NCBI RefSeq assembly: GCF_006345805.1
Contig: NC_043013.1
Span: 29,264,001-29,328,000, forward strand
DNA length: 64,000 nt
Direction of reading: 5' to 3'
Source: Octopus sinensis
Lineage: Eukaryota
Shown: positions 1 through 13,357 of the stretch, one piece after another
Numbering within the stretch: position 1 is the first letter of the stretch
Layout of the letters: every line of letters starts with the position of its first letter
Notes under the pieces: model-generated
Seen by the model: the letters and a program-made list of their open reading frames with translations, nothing else
What the model was told of the DNA's origin: nothing
The model's database searches: none
Translations under genes and position numbers: made by a program

Positions 1-118
1 GGTTTGGTATAAGGTTTAAAAAAATAAGTACTGATGTCGATTCATTTGACCAAAATCCTTCAAGAGCGTACCCCAACATGGCTGCAGTCCAGTTATTGAA
101 ACAAGAGAAAGATAAAAG
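1..118 (+). mobile_element. 3' end of SINE family A (diverged)
   Basis: ATAAGTACTG...GTCGATT...CCCAACATGGCTGCAGTCCAGTTATTGAAACAAGAGAAAGA matches the 3' end of the full copies at 24272-24756 and 38697-39131. Confidence 0.75.
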
Positions 119-668
119 GTCAGGGAGAAACAAGACTAAGCGACTGGGTGGATTTTGGTATATGACTGGCAAATAATTTCGCCTACCATGGACGAATGAT
201 ATCAAAAAAAAAAAAAAAAAAGGCGGCTTCAATAGGATTTGAAACAAGATATACAGACTACCAATGCTAAATATCAGAATTTTGTAAGATGATCTACTAC
301 TGCTTCTACTGCTGTTGTAGTTGCTGCTGTTGCTCCTCCTCCTCCTCCTCCTCCTCCTCCTACTACTACTACTACTATATTCAATGCTATTGGCAATGAG
401 GTTCGTTGATGAATGGTGGTGGTGAAAATGAGAATGAAAATGATAATGATGAGGATGATGAAGATGATAATGATGCTGATAATGCTGATGAGAAAGAGGA
501 GGAGCATCGGTGATGATGATGACGATGATGATGTTGATGCAGACGACAATGACGACGACGACATCAATCATATATGCGGATCTTAATAACAAAGAATGAT
601 GAGATCTTGCAACAAAAAGGTCCTTAAACCAACCGCACCCATTTGCTCGTTTACATCAAAACGATGAC

Positions 669-725
<57 letters not shown>

Positions 726-854
726 ATCTCTCTCTCGCAGACACGCACGTGCAAATACACACACAGACACACACACACACACGACAAACATTTAGAATCC
801 GATCCCCTTCCTCAGTTTTTGTATCACTTACACACACAGGAACACACGCGATAG

Positions 855-1900
855 AATGTCCTTTTAAGTAAAATGTACTTTAACAGATCTTCGTTAGACT
901 TTAAAGATATAATTAAAATGAACTTTTAATTAAAATGTAGTTTAACGCATAATGAATAGAGTCAGGCACACAATTAAGATGTACTTTAAATCAGAATGTA
1001 CTTTAACAGATCGTAAATGGAATTATCATACGCATGATCAAAATGTAGTTTAACATTTCATGGGCATATGAACATGAACAATATATACATGTAATTAACA
1101 TGCATATACACATTATTAAGATGCGCTTTTAATTAATATGTATATATACATTAAGATGTACTTTAATTGACATGTATATATACATTATTAAGATTACTTT
1201 TAATTAAAATGTATACACACATTAAGAAGTTCTTTTAATTAACATGTATATTTACGTGAAGATGTACTTTTAATTGATATGTATATACTCACGATGAAAA
1301 CGTACTTTTAATTAACGTGTCTATATAGACATAATTAACATGTAATTTAACGCATCTCAGATTTATATACACTTTAAAATCGCTTTCAAATAAAATGCAA
1401 TTTAATGTCTGGAATGGACGAATTGATGCAATTAAAGCGTAATTTAATTAAAGCGTTTATGCACATAAATCGAACGTACTTGTTTTTTTTCTGCTGTTGG
1501 CGCGAGGCCTGAAATGTAGGAGGATGGGACTAGTCGATTACATCGACCCTAGTGCGCAACTGGCAATTAATTTCATCGATCACCCCAAAGAAGGTAAAAC
1601 AGAGTCGAACTCGGCACAATAAGCCAGAGGAAATGCATACGGCATTTCGTACGGTGTGCAAAGATGTGCAAACGCTTCTGTCAGCTTGCCGCCTTATAAG
1701 GTACTTTTAATTAAAATGTACTTCAACATATCTTTAATGAACCCGTGCCCAAGATTAAAATGTATGATTAAGAAGTAATTTAATTAAGAAACACCTGAGC
1801 ACAGTCTAAATGGTTTCATGATTAAAATGTACTTTTACTTAAAATGTAGGTTAATGAACTCTCTTCAGGCCTATGATATGATCGAAATATACTTAAAAGC
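855..1900. repeat. Degenerate AT-rich minisatellite built on AATTAA(A/G)ATGTACTTT(T)AATT
   Basis: The motif recurs about every 35-40 bp (e.g. ACATTAAGATGTACTTTAATTGACATGTATATATAC). It is interrupted by a SINE at 1486-1693. Confidence 0.75.
1486..1693 (-). mobile_element. SINE family B (diverged)
   Basis: Reverse complement matches the GGCGGCGAGCTGGCAGAA head and the CTGGGGTCGATGTAATCGACT / GGCCTTGTGCC tail of family B. Confidence 0.75.
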
Positions 1901-2013
1901 ATCCTGTATTTGAAAGGTCCATAAGTAAAGAAGGGGGTAGCTTGTTCGAAAAGCATATACTTATATAGCTATATATGCAGTACGAACATGTTTAAAACCA
2001 TGTGTGTCCGAAA

Positions 2014-2214
2014 GGTGGCGAGCTAGTAGAATCGTTAGCCTACTAGACAAAGATATTGGTGGCATTTTATTTTTCTCTAACTCTTTAGGTTCTGAGTTCG
2101 TATACCGCTGAGGTTATCTTAGCCTTGGTCGATAAAAATAAAGTACTAATCAAGTACTGGTTGATTTAATCGATTGTCCCTCCCTAACTACTGATCTTGT
2201 GCTAGAATTTGAAA
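2014..2214 (+). mobile_element. SINE family B (diverged)
   Basis: GGTGGCGAGCTAGTAGAATCGTTAGC head, GTTCTGAGTTCG B-box region, GTCGATAAAATAAAGTACT core, CTTGTGCTAGAATTTGAAA tail. Confidence 0.75.
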
Positions 2215-2238
2215 GCGTAATTATTTGTGTATGTTAAG

Positions 2239-2540
2239 GACACTCTTCGGTCGTGAATGATTATGGGATTGTAGTTAGAAAGTTCAACTCCAGGTGCTTT
2301 GTGGAAGACCAGCAAACGCCTATGCATACCAGCATCCCCTCTCCACGCCACCGTTGTTATCCAACAGAAAGGACGATAACATCTTGGCACCAGTGACTCA
2401 TTTCTAAAGCTGAATGAACCGGAGCAACGCGAAATAAAGTGATTTGCTCAAGATCACAACATACAGCCCAGTCCAGGAATCGAATTTACTACCTCATGAT
2501 TGTAAGACCGACGCCCTAACCACTGAGCCAAGCGCCTTCA
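2239..2540 (-). mobile_element. SINE with family C head, tail type 1
   Basis: The minus strand starts TGAAGGCGCTTGGCTCAGTGGTTAGGG (A box) and carries TTCGATTCC (B box). The core GTTGTGATCTTGAGCAAATCACTTTATTTCGCGTTGCTCC is shared with 7751-8078 and 37066-37295. Confidence 0.75.
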
Positions 2541-2979
2541 TTTGTGTATGTATGTATATAATATAATTTTATGTCATTAAGTACTTCTGATTATAATGTA
2601 CTTTAAGGTAGCTGATGAAACTACGCAAGAGGGATGAGCTCGCTCGATAAACGTAAGTGTTAAACAGCATTTCTTTTATCTGTTAATCAGGTGCGACCTC
2701 TGAAACTTATGGAAGAAGGGTGCCAAAAACAGAAATCCGGGCCGAATGCTTTGCAACACAGTAGACACCACTAAAGGAGCCTCAAACTCGGAGTAATGAT
2801 GATTGTAAAGATTTCAGCTCCCAATAAACGCTTTAATTCTATTTTATGCGTTGTGTACTATTTTCTTCTACATGTTTGCACTTAATACCTTTGCATACAT
2901 ACATACAAGAATACATGCATACACACACATTCACAAACATAGATATACATACATGCATACATATATGCATACATTTGTA

Positions 2980-3541
<562 letters not shown>

Positions 3542-3633
3542 CATTATAGACTGCTCTAATTCTAAGAGTGTGCTTCTGGTCCGGATTTATGTTTTTCTAA
3601 AAAAAAAACGATAATACATACATACATATATAT

Positions 3634-3900
3634 AGTTGGAATTTACAAAAAAAAAAAAACCAAACAAACAATAGACGAAGACAGGTATGTAAACAACAAA
3701 CAGGTGTATTAGTTTAACGCTTGGGAAAATGACAAAATCTTTTACATTTCGAGCCTACGCTCTTCCAAAGAAAGGAACACGAGAAAATAAACAGAGAGAG
3801 AATAAAAAATGCTTTAGTGGCTAGCGGTCGATCATGGCTTTGGCTGGACAGGTGGTCAGACAGGAGAGCTAGAAAGAAGGGGAGATAATAAAATAGTGGT
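3634..3900 (-). mobile_element. Penelope-like terminal-repeat fragment; same family as 57821-57958 (+)
   Basis: Minus strand GTGTTCCTTTCTTTGGAAGAGCGTAGGCTCGAAATGT...CTAATACACCTGTTTGTTG...TCTTCGTCT aligns to 57821-57958. Both abut (TA)n. The Penelope assignment is inferred. Confidence 0.5.
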
Positions 3901-4538
3901 GATCCCAAAATGAAGGTGCGCGTGCGTAGTATGTGCGAGCGTGTGTGTGTGGATTTCAGCTGGTGACCGTGACGTGTAGGTGTTTGGACGACGGTGTGGG
4001 TGCTGGAAAGTGGTCAATGCTAGTGTGTGCAGAGTGGTGCAATGTGGTCTGGTGGTGTGGTGTGGTGATGTGTAGTGTGTTGTGTGTTGTGTTGTGGTGT
4101 GATGGTGCGGTGCGGCGTGGTGGTATAGTGTGGTGTTGTGGTACGGTGGTGTGTGGTGTGGTGGTATGTGGTGCGGTGTGGCATAGTGTGGTGTGGTGGA
4201 TACAAGGGCGGGGGATGCAAGAGTAGGGTGTGGGTTGGGGTGAGAGTGTGGGATAGGGGTGTGGTTTACGGGAATGGGTGTGAGGGTATGTGGGAGTGGA
4301 ATGTGTGGGGTGGGTTTGGGATGTATAGAGATGGTATGGTTGGGGTGTGTAAGGGTGGGGTGTAGATGCAGAGGATAAAGAATGAGGGAGAGGGGGAGGG
4401 AGAAGGTGGGTAGGAGTGAAGAGAGGAAGTACGAGTCAGAGCAAGAGAGAAGAGGTGATGCTTATATATATATATATGTGTGTATGTATATATATATATG
4501 TATATATACATATATACGTACATATATACATGCATACA

Positions 4539-4576
<38 letters not shown>

Positions 4577-4695
4577 ACACACACAACATTTGTTATATGT
4601 TTAGCCATATATACATATATACATACATACATACATATACATATACATATATATACATACATATATATATATATATACATATATAATATACATAC

Positions 4696-4745
<50 letters not shown>

Positions 4746-4753
4746 ATACATAC

Positions 4754-4785
<32 letters not shown>

Positions 4786-4825
4786 AATATATAACTATAT
4801 ATAAATATATATATATTTATAAATA

Positions 4826-4925
<100 letters not shown>

Positions 4926-5329
4926 TGCGTGTGTGTATGTTCCTATGGATATTATGTATGCATATAGTTATGTATGTACATATGCGTATGTGTAGGTGTA
5001 TGCGAGGAAAAATAGAAAGCGTAAAAAAAGAAACAGATAGCGGAAGTGTTAAAAAAAGTAGGCAACCACAATGATAAAACGACAAGCAGGAAAAAAAAAA
5101 TACCGAAACAAGAGAAAAAAAAAAATTAGACAACAGCGACAACTGAAGCAACAACAACAACAGCAACAGAAACAGCAACAACAACAATATCGTCATAATT
5201 TCGCCAATAGTGCACGAGACTCTTTCAGACAGATTCCCTCATCAACTCAACGTCTGGGCAGTACAGATGTCATCGTACGGAGTCACATGCACTCTCCCTC
5301 TCTTAGTCTCTCCCTCATGCTCTTCCTTC

Positions 5330-5383
<54 letters not shown>

Positions 5384-6159
5384 CTCTCTCTCTCCCTCTC
5401 ACACACTCACACACACGCATACACACACACACTCATTTTCTCTAGTCTCACTCATTCATTCCCTCTCTCTCTTTCTCTTTCTCTCTCACCGACGCCTTTC
5501 ACTTTTTATCTCTCTTTCTGTCTCACTCACACACACACAAACACACACAAACACATACAAACACACACATACAAACACACTTTCTCTAGTCTTACTCACT
5601 CGCTTTCTCTCTCACTCACACTTTTTCATCTCTTTCTCTTTCCCTCTCACTCATTCTCTCGTCTCTTTCTTTCTTTCTTTCTTTCTCTAATCTCGCTTTC
5701 TTTATTGCTTTCTTACTTTTCTTTCCCTCTCTCTCTGTCTACTCTACTACTTTTCTCTCTCGATCATTTATCTATTTATCTTTCCCTTTCTGTCTTTCTC
5801 TCTCTCCCACACTCTTATTCTCTCTTTCCCCCCTCCCCCCCCCTTTGTTTTTAAGCATGTAAATTTTAAAGAGCTCATTATCGTGCGTGGACGCGCGTGC
5901 ACGCAGCGGACCGCGCACTTTTGCGGAGAAATAACACACTCAGAAGCAGAAAATCACATGGATATAAACGTTTACACACACTCACACACACAGACACACA
6001 CACACACACACACATACACACATACATACATGATAACACTACGACACACATACACACATACACACACAAAACCATGAGATTTTTTCGAGACACATATATT
6101 GTTTGTGTGTATATCTGTATACGTGTATGTATTAGTGTTTATATTCATTAATATATATG

Positions 6160-6217
<58 letters not shown>

Positions 6218-7112
6218 TATATATATATGTTTATATATATATATATATATATAATATATATATTATATAGATATCTATATATATATATATACATACATAT
6301 ACAGATAACTTTATAAAGCACATATATGCATGTATGCAATATACACACATATTTATGTGTCTATATAATATAATATAATATATATATATATATATATACC
6401 TCTATATGTATATATATCTGTGTACGTGAATGTTTATGTACGTATGTGTGTGTGTGTGTATGTATGTGAGTATAGTAGTACTAACCAATTTGTTGCAAAA
6501 CAAGAGAATTACTTACGGTTTGGTGGGTCTCTAAGCCAGAACATAGGGTGAAGGTTTTTGGCAAAATTGATTCCATGCGTACATGCATATATATATACTC
6601 TTCATTCTTAATATACATTTTTTATAAATGTAAAAATGTAAGACATCACACACACACACATATGTACACACGTATATATATATGTATACACACACACACA
6701 TGTATATATAAATATATGTGTGCGTGTGTACACATATATTTACGTGTGCATATATGTGTGTGTATACGTATATATGTGTGTAGTTGTGTGTGTGTTTGAG
6801 TGTGCGTGTATTCTTGTATTGCGAGTGCGCTTATATGTGGGCATAAAGTGTTCCGTACGTTCTTATAGTGCATGAGGCATCGCTGACAACTTCGTTCCTG
6901 CTGCAGTCAGTGTCAAGGACATGTCAGCGTGGCAGAAAAAGTGAAATTTTCCCGCCAAACGCGTTAGCGATTGCACCTTACTCTCTCTAGTATTACCAAT
7001 CATGCACACTAACGAAAGGGACACAAACATAACCCTTCACACACATACATAAGTGTGTTTAAATACACACACACACACCTGCATATATATATATATATAT
7101 ATATATTTATAT

Positions 7113-7358
7113 TTCTTTTACTTATTTTAGCCATTTGACCGTGGACATGCTGGAGCACCACCTTTAGTCGAAGAAATTGGCCCCAGGACTTATTCTTTGT
7201 AAACCTAGTACTTATTCTATCGGGCTCTTTTGTCGAACCGCTATATTACGGGGACGTAAGCACAGCAATATTAGTTGTCAAGTGATGATGGGCGAAACAC
7301 ACACACATACGACAGCTTCTTTTCAGTTTCCGTCTATCAAATCCACTCACAAGGTTTT
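7113..7358 (-). mobile_element. SINE family A, 5'-truncated
   Basis: Reverse complement of the family A body and tail (CATGCTGGAGCACCACCTTTAGTCGA, CAGTTTCCGTCTATCAAATCCACTCACAAGG). Confidence 0.85.
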
Positions 7359-7370
7359 ATATACATATAT

Positions 7371-7425
<55 letters not shown>

Positions 7426-7536
7426 ATATAATATATATATATTATATATATATATCATATATATGTACGTGTGTTTGTATATCTATCTATCTGTCTATCT
7501 ATCAATATACACATCTTTATATGAGTGTACATTATA

Positions 7537-7576
<40 letters not shown>

Positions 7577-7750
7577 TATATATATATAATATAAATATAT
7601 AATATATATATATACATGTATTTTAAATGTCTGTCTATCTAGCTATCTATCTGTATGTATGTGTGTGTGTATGTATATATGTGTTTGTGCGTGTATGTAT
7701 GTGTGTTTGGAGGCGGGCGTTTAAAGAATGATAATAAGTGTAGTGTACTA

Positions 7751-8078
7751 AGGAGCACTCCGTCGGTTGCCACGACGGCGAGGGTCCCAGCTGTTACGAT
7801 CAACGAAACAGCTTGCTCGTGAAATTAAAGTGCAAGTGGCTGAGCACTCCACAGGTACGTGTAACCTTAATATAGTTCTCAGAGAGTTTCAGCGTGACAT
7901 AGAGCGTGACCAGGCTGGGAGTTTGAAATACAGGTACTACTTATTTTTGCCAGCTGAGTGGACAGTAGCAACATGAAATAAAGTGTCTTGCTCAAGGACA
8001 CAAGGCATCGCCGGGAATTGAACTCTTGATCTTACGACTGTGAGCCGAATGCCCTAACCAGTAAACCACGCGCCTTCA
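7751..8078 (-). mobile_element. SINE with family C head, tail type 2
   Basis: tRNA-like head and GTGTCCTTGAGCAAGACACTTTATTTCA core. The tail (GTGGAGTGCTCAGCCACTT...AATTTCACGAGCA...ACCGACGGAGTGCT) is shared with 58356-58735. Confidence 0.8.
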
Positions 8079-8149
8079 CATAGTATACTATGTATCAAGA
8101 AATCAAAGAAAGTTAACTGAATACATTTGTTGAGTGACAATGTTTCGTA

Positions 8150-8398
8150 GGAATTCGAAGTTCGATTGCATCACAGCAACCAATGGTTTCATCCCAGAAA
8201 ATATATTCGGACTATATTTATATTTGGGTCATCAATCATCATTTGCGTTTTCTTGCAGGCAACCTCGTTGTATTACTATGTGATTTCTATTCTTCAGAAA
8301 GTCACGTAACCACTTTCCTACTTATCAAACTATGCCGCAATCAAGCCGTTTGGAACATCATTCCATGCTCGACTCCATCGAAAGCCTTTGCAATAAAG
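8150..8398 (-). mobile_element. Inverted reverse-transcriptase fragment of a CR1-like LINE
   Basis: The minus strand encodes AKAFDGVEHG (8362-8391; cf. DFxKAFDxVxH) and WLRDFLKNR (8285-8312; cf. WIxxFLxxR). Confidence 0.55.
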
Positions 8399-9204
8399 AC
8401 AAAATACATTGGAACTGGAGAGTTCACATTTCCAGAATCACAGCCAGTGTGTGACTTGAGTATTGACATGAGTGGTGATAAATGCTTCCATGTATATATT
8501 ACTAAGTTGGCAATGAAATGCAGACGGCTGACCGGATGGATTCATAAAATTTTCAGAACAAGAGAGAAGGAAACTCTGTTGGTCCTCTGGAGGACATTTG
8601 TCATAAGCCGTCTTGATTATTGCTCCCTACTAAGGTCACAAGACAGCGTGAAATTAATAATGGAACTCGAAGCCGTTCAGCAAATCTACACGCAGAGGAT
8701 AAACCCAATGCAGCAAATTAGCTACTGGCAAAGGCTCAAGCGGTTAAGACTTTACTCCCTTGAACGAAGGATGATATGTTGCAATATTCATCTGGAAGAT
8801 CCTAGAAAGACTTATCCCAAACTTTGGCGTAGAAAGTTATCCAAATACCACAACAGGGCGTCATTGCATAGGGCCTAAAATGTTTCCCTTACCGTCGAAA
8901 TATAGGACCAGATATTGCAATGGCTTAGGATTCAAGGTCCCACAGCTCTTCAAAATATCCCCAAATGAGCTGAAAGGCCAACATGGAATGCATGTAGATG
9001 TTTACAAAATTAAATTGGGTCTGTTACTCTGAAGAGTCCTAGATGAACCAACCTCACGGCAGGAAGCGGAAACGAGAACAGCAGTATGAAAGTCCCCTCA
9101 TTCACCAAATACCAAATATTAAAGGAGGATTAATGAAGGTGTAGCAACACCTGTTGGCAATGCTGGAGCATCGTCACAGCCCTTGCGCTGAAACTAGTAA
9201 AAGA

Positions 9205-9205
<1 letters not shown>
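8399..9205 (+). mobile_element. CR1-like LINE 3' fragment (post-RT region and 3' UTR), decayed
   Basis: ORF 8183-8878 contains LWRTFVISRLDYCS...ELEAVQ...SYWQRLKRLRLYSLERR, typical of the CR1-clade ORF2 C-terminus. The element ends in a hairpin plus AAACTAGTAAAAGAG before (TA)n. Confidence 0.8.
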
Positions 9206-9246
<41 letters not shown>

Positions 9247-9570
9247 GTTAACTACTATTTCTTTCAATATAGGTGCTATACAGTACCTTCAGTTACAATT
9301 AGTGATCATTAAATTTTACCTTTATGGTTTATGTATTGCACCTAGCTGCTTCTATCAATATATATATGTGTGTGTGTGTGTATGTGTGTATGTATGTTTG
9401 TATGTATGTATGTATATCATATGTATATATATATATATATATAATATATATATATATCTATATATATATAATATATATATATAATATCAACAATTTAATA
9501 AATAAAACATATGCATACATACATACTATATGTACTACCTACATCTATATGTATATATACATGCATATAT

Positions 9571-10052
9571 GATACAGGACACCACAAATAAACGTAGAAC
9601 ACAACGAGAAACAAAAACATAAAAAACAAACAAGGAAACGGACTTTTTTTTACAAAGAAAAAACAGAGTACAAGACAACCACGCAAGGCATTCCCTTCTT
9701 CAGCTGCCCCCTGTTTTCGACTCATTGTGTGTTTCGAAGTAAGGGCAGAACACCCGACTACGTTGAAACAATCCTTTCCGCAAAGCGAATTAAATAAAAA
9801 AAATTTTGCGGAGGGGTAAAAAAAGGTGACAAGAACAAGACGTAAAAGCAATACAAATAAAGAAAAAAACAGTACAAATAAAGATAATACTGAATGCTCG
9901 AAATGAGGAGGAGATTGACAGCCGACAACAGATGAATGGTCTTTTCTCAGTGTTTACTTGTCCAGTTTTCCATTTTTTCCCGTTGTTTACGTCTCTAACT
10001 CATTTATCTACGTATTTCATATTATTTGCACCGTTGGTGACGTCCTGTACCC
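9571..10052. mobile_element. Unclassified TA-embedded repeat with inverted termini
   Basis: The left end GATACAGGACACCAC resembles the reverse complement of the right end (GGTACAGGACGTCAC). The left arm is A-rich and the right arm T-rich. Confidence 0.4.
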
Positions 10053-10103
10053 ATATATGCAATGTGTGTTGTGCATATATATATATATATATTATTTATT
10101 TAA

Positions 10104-10152
<49 letters not shown>

Positions 10153-10704
10153 GAGTGTATGTATAGTTGTCCCGCGTACTGCAGTGCAAGCAGTGTGTAG
10201 AGTATACATATACATTTCTACACCAAGTTTTCATCGTGGGACAAAACGCTAGCTATTTTTTTTTCCTGTCTCCCTGTCATCCCTAGAACAAGCTCATCAA
10301 CTCAGGGACAGCCGCAATTATGTTAATCGTGCAGAGACTACAAATAAATGAAATGGATGCCGCATCGGTCCTCATGATTAGTATTCTATTTGAGAGAGGC
10401 GGAGAGAAGGAGGGGAACAGAAGACAGAGAGAGAGAGAGAAAGAGAGATAATTTTGGAGGGTGAGAGGGTGAAGGTGGAGAGAGAGAGAGAATGCGACGG
10501 AAGGGGAGGAGTAATGTTTTTCTATTTTTTGTTAGCCAGGTCAGTGACCTCGGTATACAACTTGTTACTAGTATTCGCATTCAAACATGTATGAATACTT
10601 TGTGTGTATGTGTGTAAGTTGTGTGTGTTTACATACATACACACACATATACATACATACATACATATATATATATATATATGTGTACACACACATACAC
10701 ACAC

Positions 10705-10745
<41 letters not shown>

Positions 10746-11508
10746 CGTACATATATATATACATACATAAATATACATATATATATATTCCTCTTTCCAC
10801 GCACACATACACACATTCATAGAGGTGCCTGACCTCGCGCTAAAGTGTAGTATGCGTATGTTTATATCCCCCACCATCACCGCCACCACGCACAAGCAAT
10901 CATGCAATGAGCGCACTATCACTCACTGATATACCGCCGCCGCATATAGATACTTATACATTTACACAACTATGACGATTCGGTTGTATTTTTTTTAATG
11001 ATGTCTAAAAGTACATGACCCAGTGTGTGTTCAGAAATGTAGATCACAGGGTGCGATTTGAAGGAGATTTGGCTGCTATTTCTAGCAAGTCTTAAGGACA
11101 TGTAAGAGATTGACTCATTGCATTTTTAATGCTGTTTGTTGTTGACTCAGGTGAATTCAGATCGAGGAAGTATATGGTCAGAGTTGTTCCAGTTGTGGCC
11201 ACCCTGTCTCATTTTCAGACGTAGTATAGCATCTAAGACCAGACTGTCCGATATACCCTTCTATTCCTTTAGACGGTAGGTTGTGATTTGAGGAAAATTT
11301 GGCTGCTATTTCTGGCAGGTCGAACGAACACTTATAAGCTCTGTGTTCGATCATGGCAATCTTAAATTTGGTGGTATAGGGATGAATGGTGGTGATGGTA
11401 AATGCTATGATAGTTGTGGAGGTAGCGATACTGCTAGTTGGTGGTAGTGGTGGTGGTGGTAGTGGTGTGGTGGTGGTGGTGTTGATTGGTGCTTGTGGCG
11501 GTGGTAAA

Positions 11509-11728
11509 GGCAGCGAGCTGGCAGAATCGTTACCGCGTCGGACGAATTGCTTAGCGGCATTTCGTGAGTCTTTACGCGTCCTGAGTTCGAATGTCACCGA
11601 GATCAACTTTGCTTATCATTCTTTTAGGGTCGATAAAATAAGTACCAGTTGAGTACTGGGGTCGACGTAATTAACTAGCGTCTTCCTCCTCACAAAATTT
11701 CATACCCTGTCCTTACAGTAGAAAGGAT
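11509..11728 (+). mobile_element. SINE family B
   Basis: GGCAGCGAGCTGGCAGAATCGTTA head, CTGAGTTCGAAT B box, GGGTCGATAAAATAAGTACCAG core, CAGTAGAAAGGA tail. Confidence 0.85.
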
Positions 11729-12352
11729 AGTAGCGGTGGTAGTGCTGGTGGTGCTGGTTGTCGTATTGGTTGGTGACAGCGGTGGTGATGGTAATGGTGG
11801 TTGTGGTGGTGGTCATAGCAAAGGAGTAATAGTTGTTTAGCACCAGGTCAGCTTGTGTAGAGTCATTCCAGCCTTGACCACCCAAGAGGGAATTTGACTG
11901 CTGTCTTTAAAAGGTGGAGCAACTGCAATAAATGGCCCTTCGGGTACCAGTTGGTAATACAGGTAGCGATGGAGGCGGTGATGGTGATGGTAATGCGTTG
12001 CCGTACGTGTAACCTTAATGTTTGATAAGACAGTTGAAGGGTTGGAAGAGGGGGCGATGTGGGCAGGCGTAAGGGTGTCGGGGCGGTTGGGTTGGAAAGT
12101 TATGGGAGCGGCTAGAGAAAAGTATTTTCATTATATTCCCCCTTTTTTTTTATTCCTTGGTCCGTGTTCGGGCGTATGTATTTGCGCGCGCGCGCGCGAA
12201 CGTGTGTGTGTGTGTGTATGCGTGTGTGTGCAAAAGCTTAGGTGACCGTGTTCGGTAGTGTGTGTGTGTGTGTGTGTGTGTATAGTGACGTATGCGTGTA
12301 GAATCAAATAGGTGTATAGGAGTATAGGCATACTAGTATGTGTGCGTGTGAG

Positions 12353-12387
<35 letters not shown>

Positions 12388-12546
12388 GAGAGAGAGAGAG
12401 TGAGAGACAGAGACGGAGAGAGTGTGTGTGTATACATAACATGTATGTCAAATGAATGTTTATGTGTAGGTATATCTCTGTTGAAGACATGTGTATGAGA
12501 ATGTGTATGTATATGGATACATGTGTGTATGTATGTGCACGTATGC

Positions 12547-12580
<34 letters not shown>

Positions 12581-12755
12581 CAGTAGTAGTAATAGTAGTA
12601 GTAGTAAGGGTGCTGCGGCAGGGAAAAACTAGGTGCTTATTCATCACCCAATCTCAATACAGAACATTGGCATATTTTACGGAATTCACAGACTGGGTTG
12701 TGTTGTACTTTTGTACTTTCTAATAAACGTATGTGTGGGTGTCTCTCTCTCTCTC

Positions 12756-12815
<60 letters not shown>

Positions 12816-12917
12816 GTTCGTTCTCCCTCTCGGTCACTTTCTGTTCCTCTCTCTGTCCGCCTAGCTATCTGTCTGCCTGTCCCTTTCCCTTCCCATTCCC
12901 TCCCCCTCCCACTCTCC

Positions 12918-12990
<73 letters not shown>

Positions 12991-13110
12991 ATGGTCCAAT
13001 AAATCACCTGTATAGTAAGTTAAAGTAGATGAAGTGAGTTATGAAAGAAAATTTATAATATAGCGTCGATTATATATATATGATATTATATTATACATAA
13101 TCATATACAT

Positions 13111-13181
<71 letters not shown>

Positions 13182-13326
13182 TATATATGTATGTATATGT
13201 ATATGTACAGAAATGTATACCTAGTATACATATGATATATACGTGCGTGCGTGTGCATATATATCTATACATACATATATATATATATACATATATAGAT
13301 ATGCACACACATGCACACATATAGTC

Positions 13327-13357
<31 letters not shown>

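Noticed and set aside
2612-2670. CTGATGA followed by a possible stem
   Set aside because: No properly placed GAAA or stems I/III. The same applies to CTGANGA hits at ~3377(-), 9698(-), 15168(-), 21446, 30265(-) and 32912.
11050-11930. Recurrent GATTTGGCTGCTATTTCTAGCAGG motif (also reversed at ~20296, 25597 and 58806)
   Set aside because: It looks like scattered remnants of an old interspersed repeat. Boundaries could not be defined.
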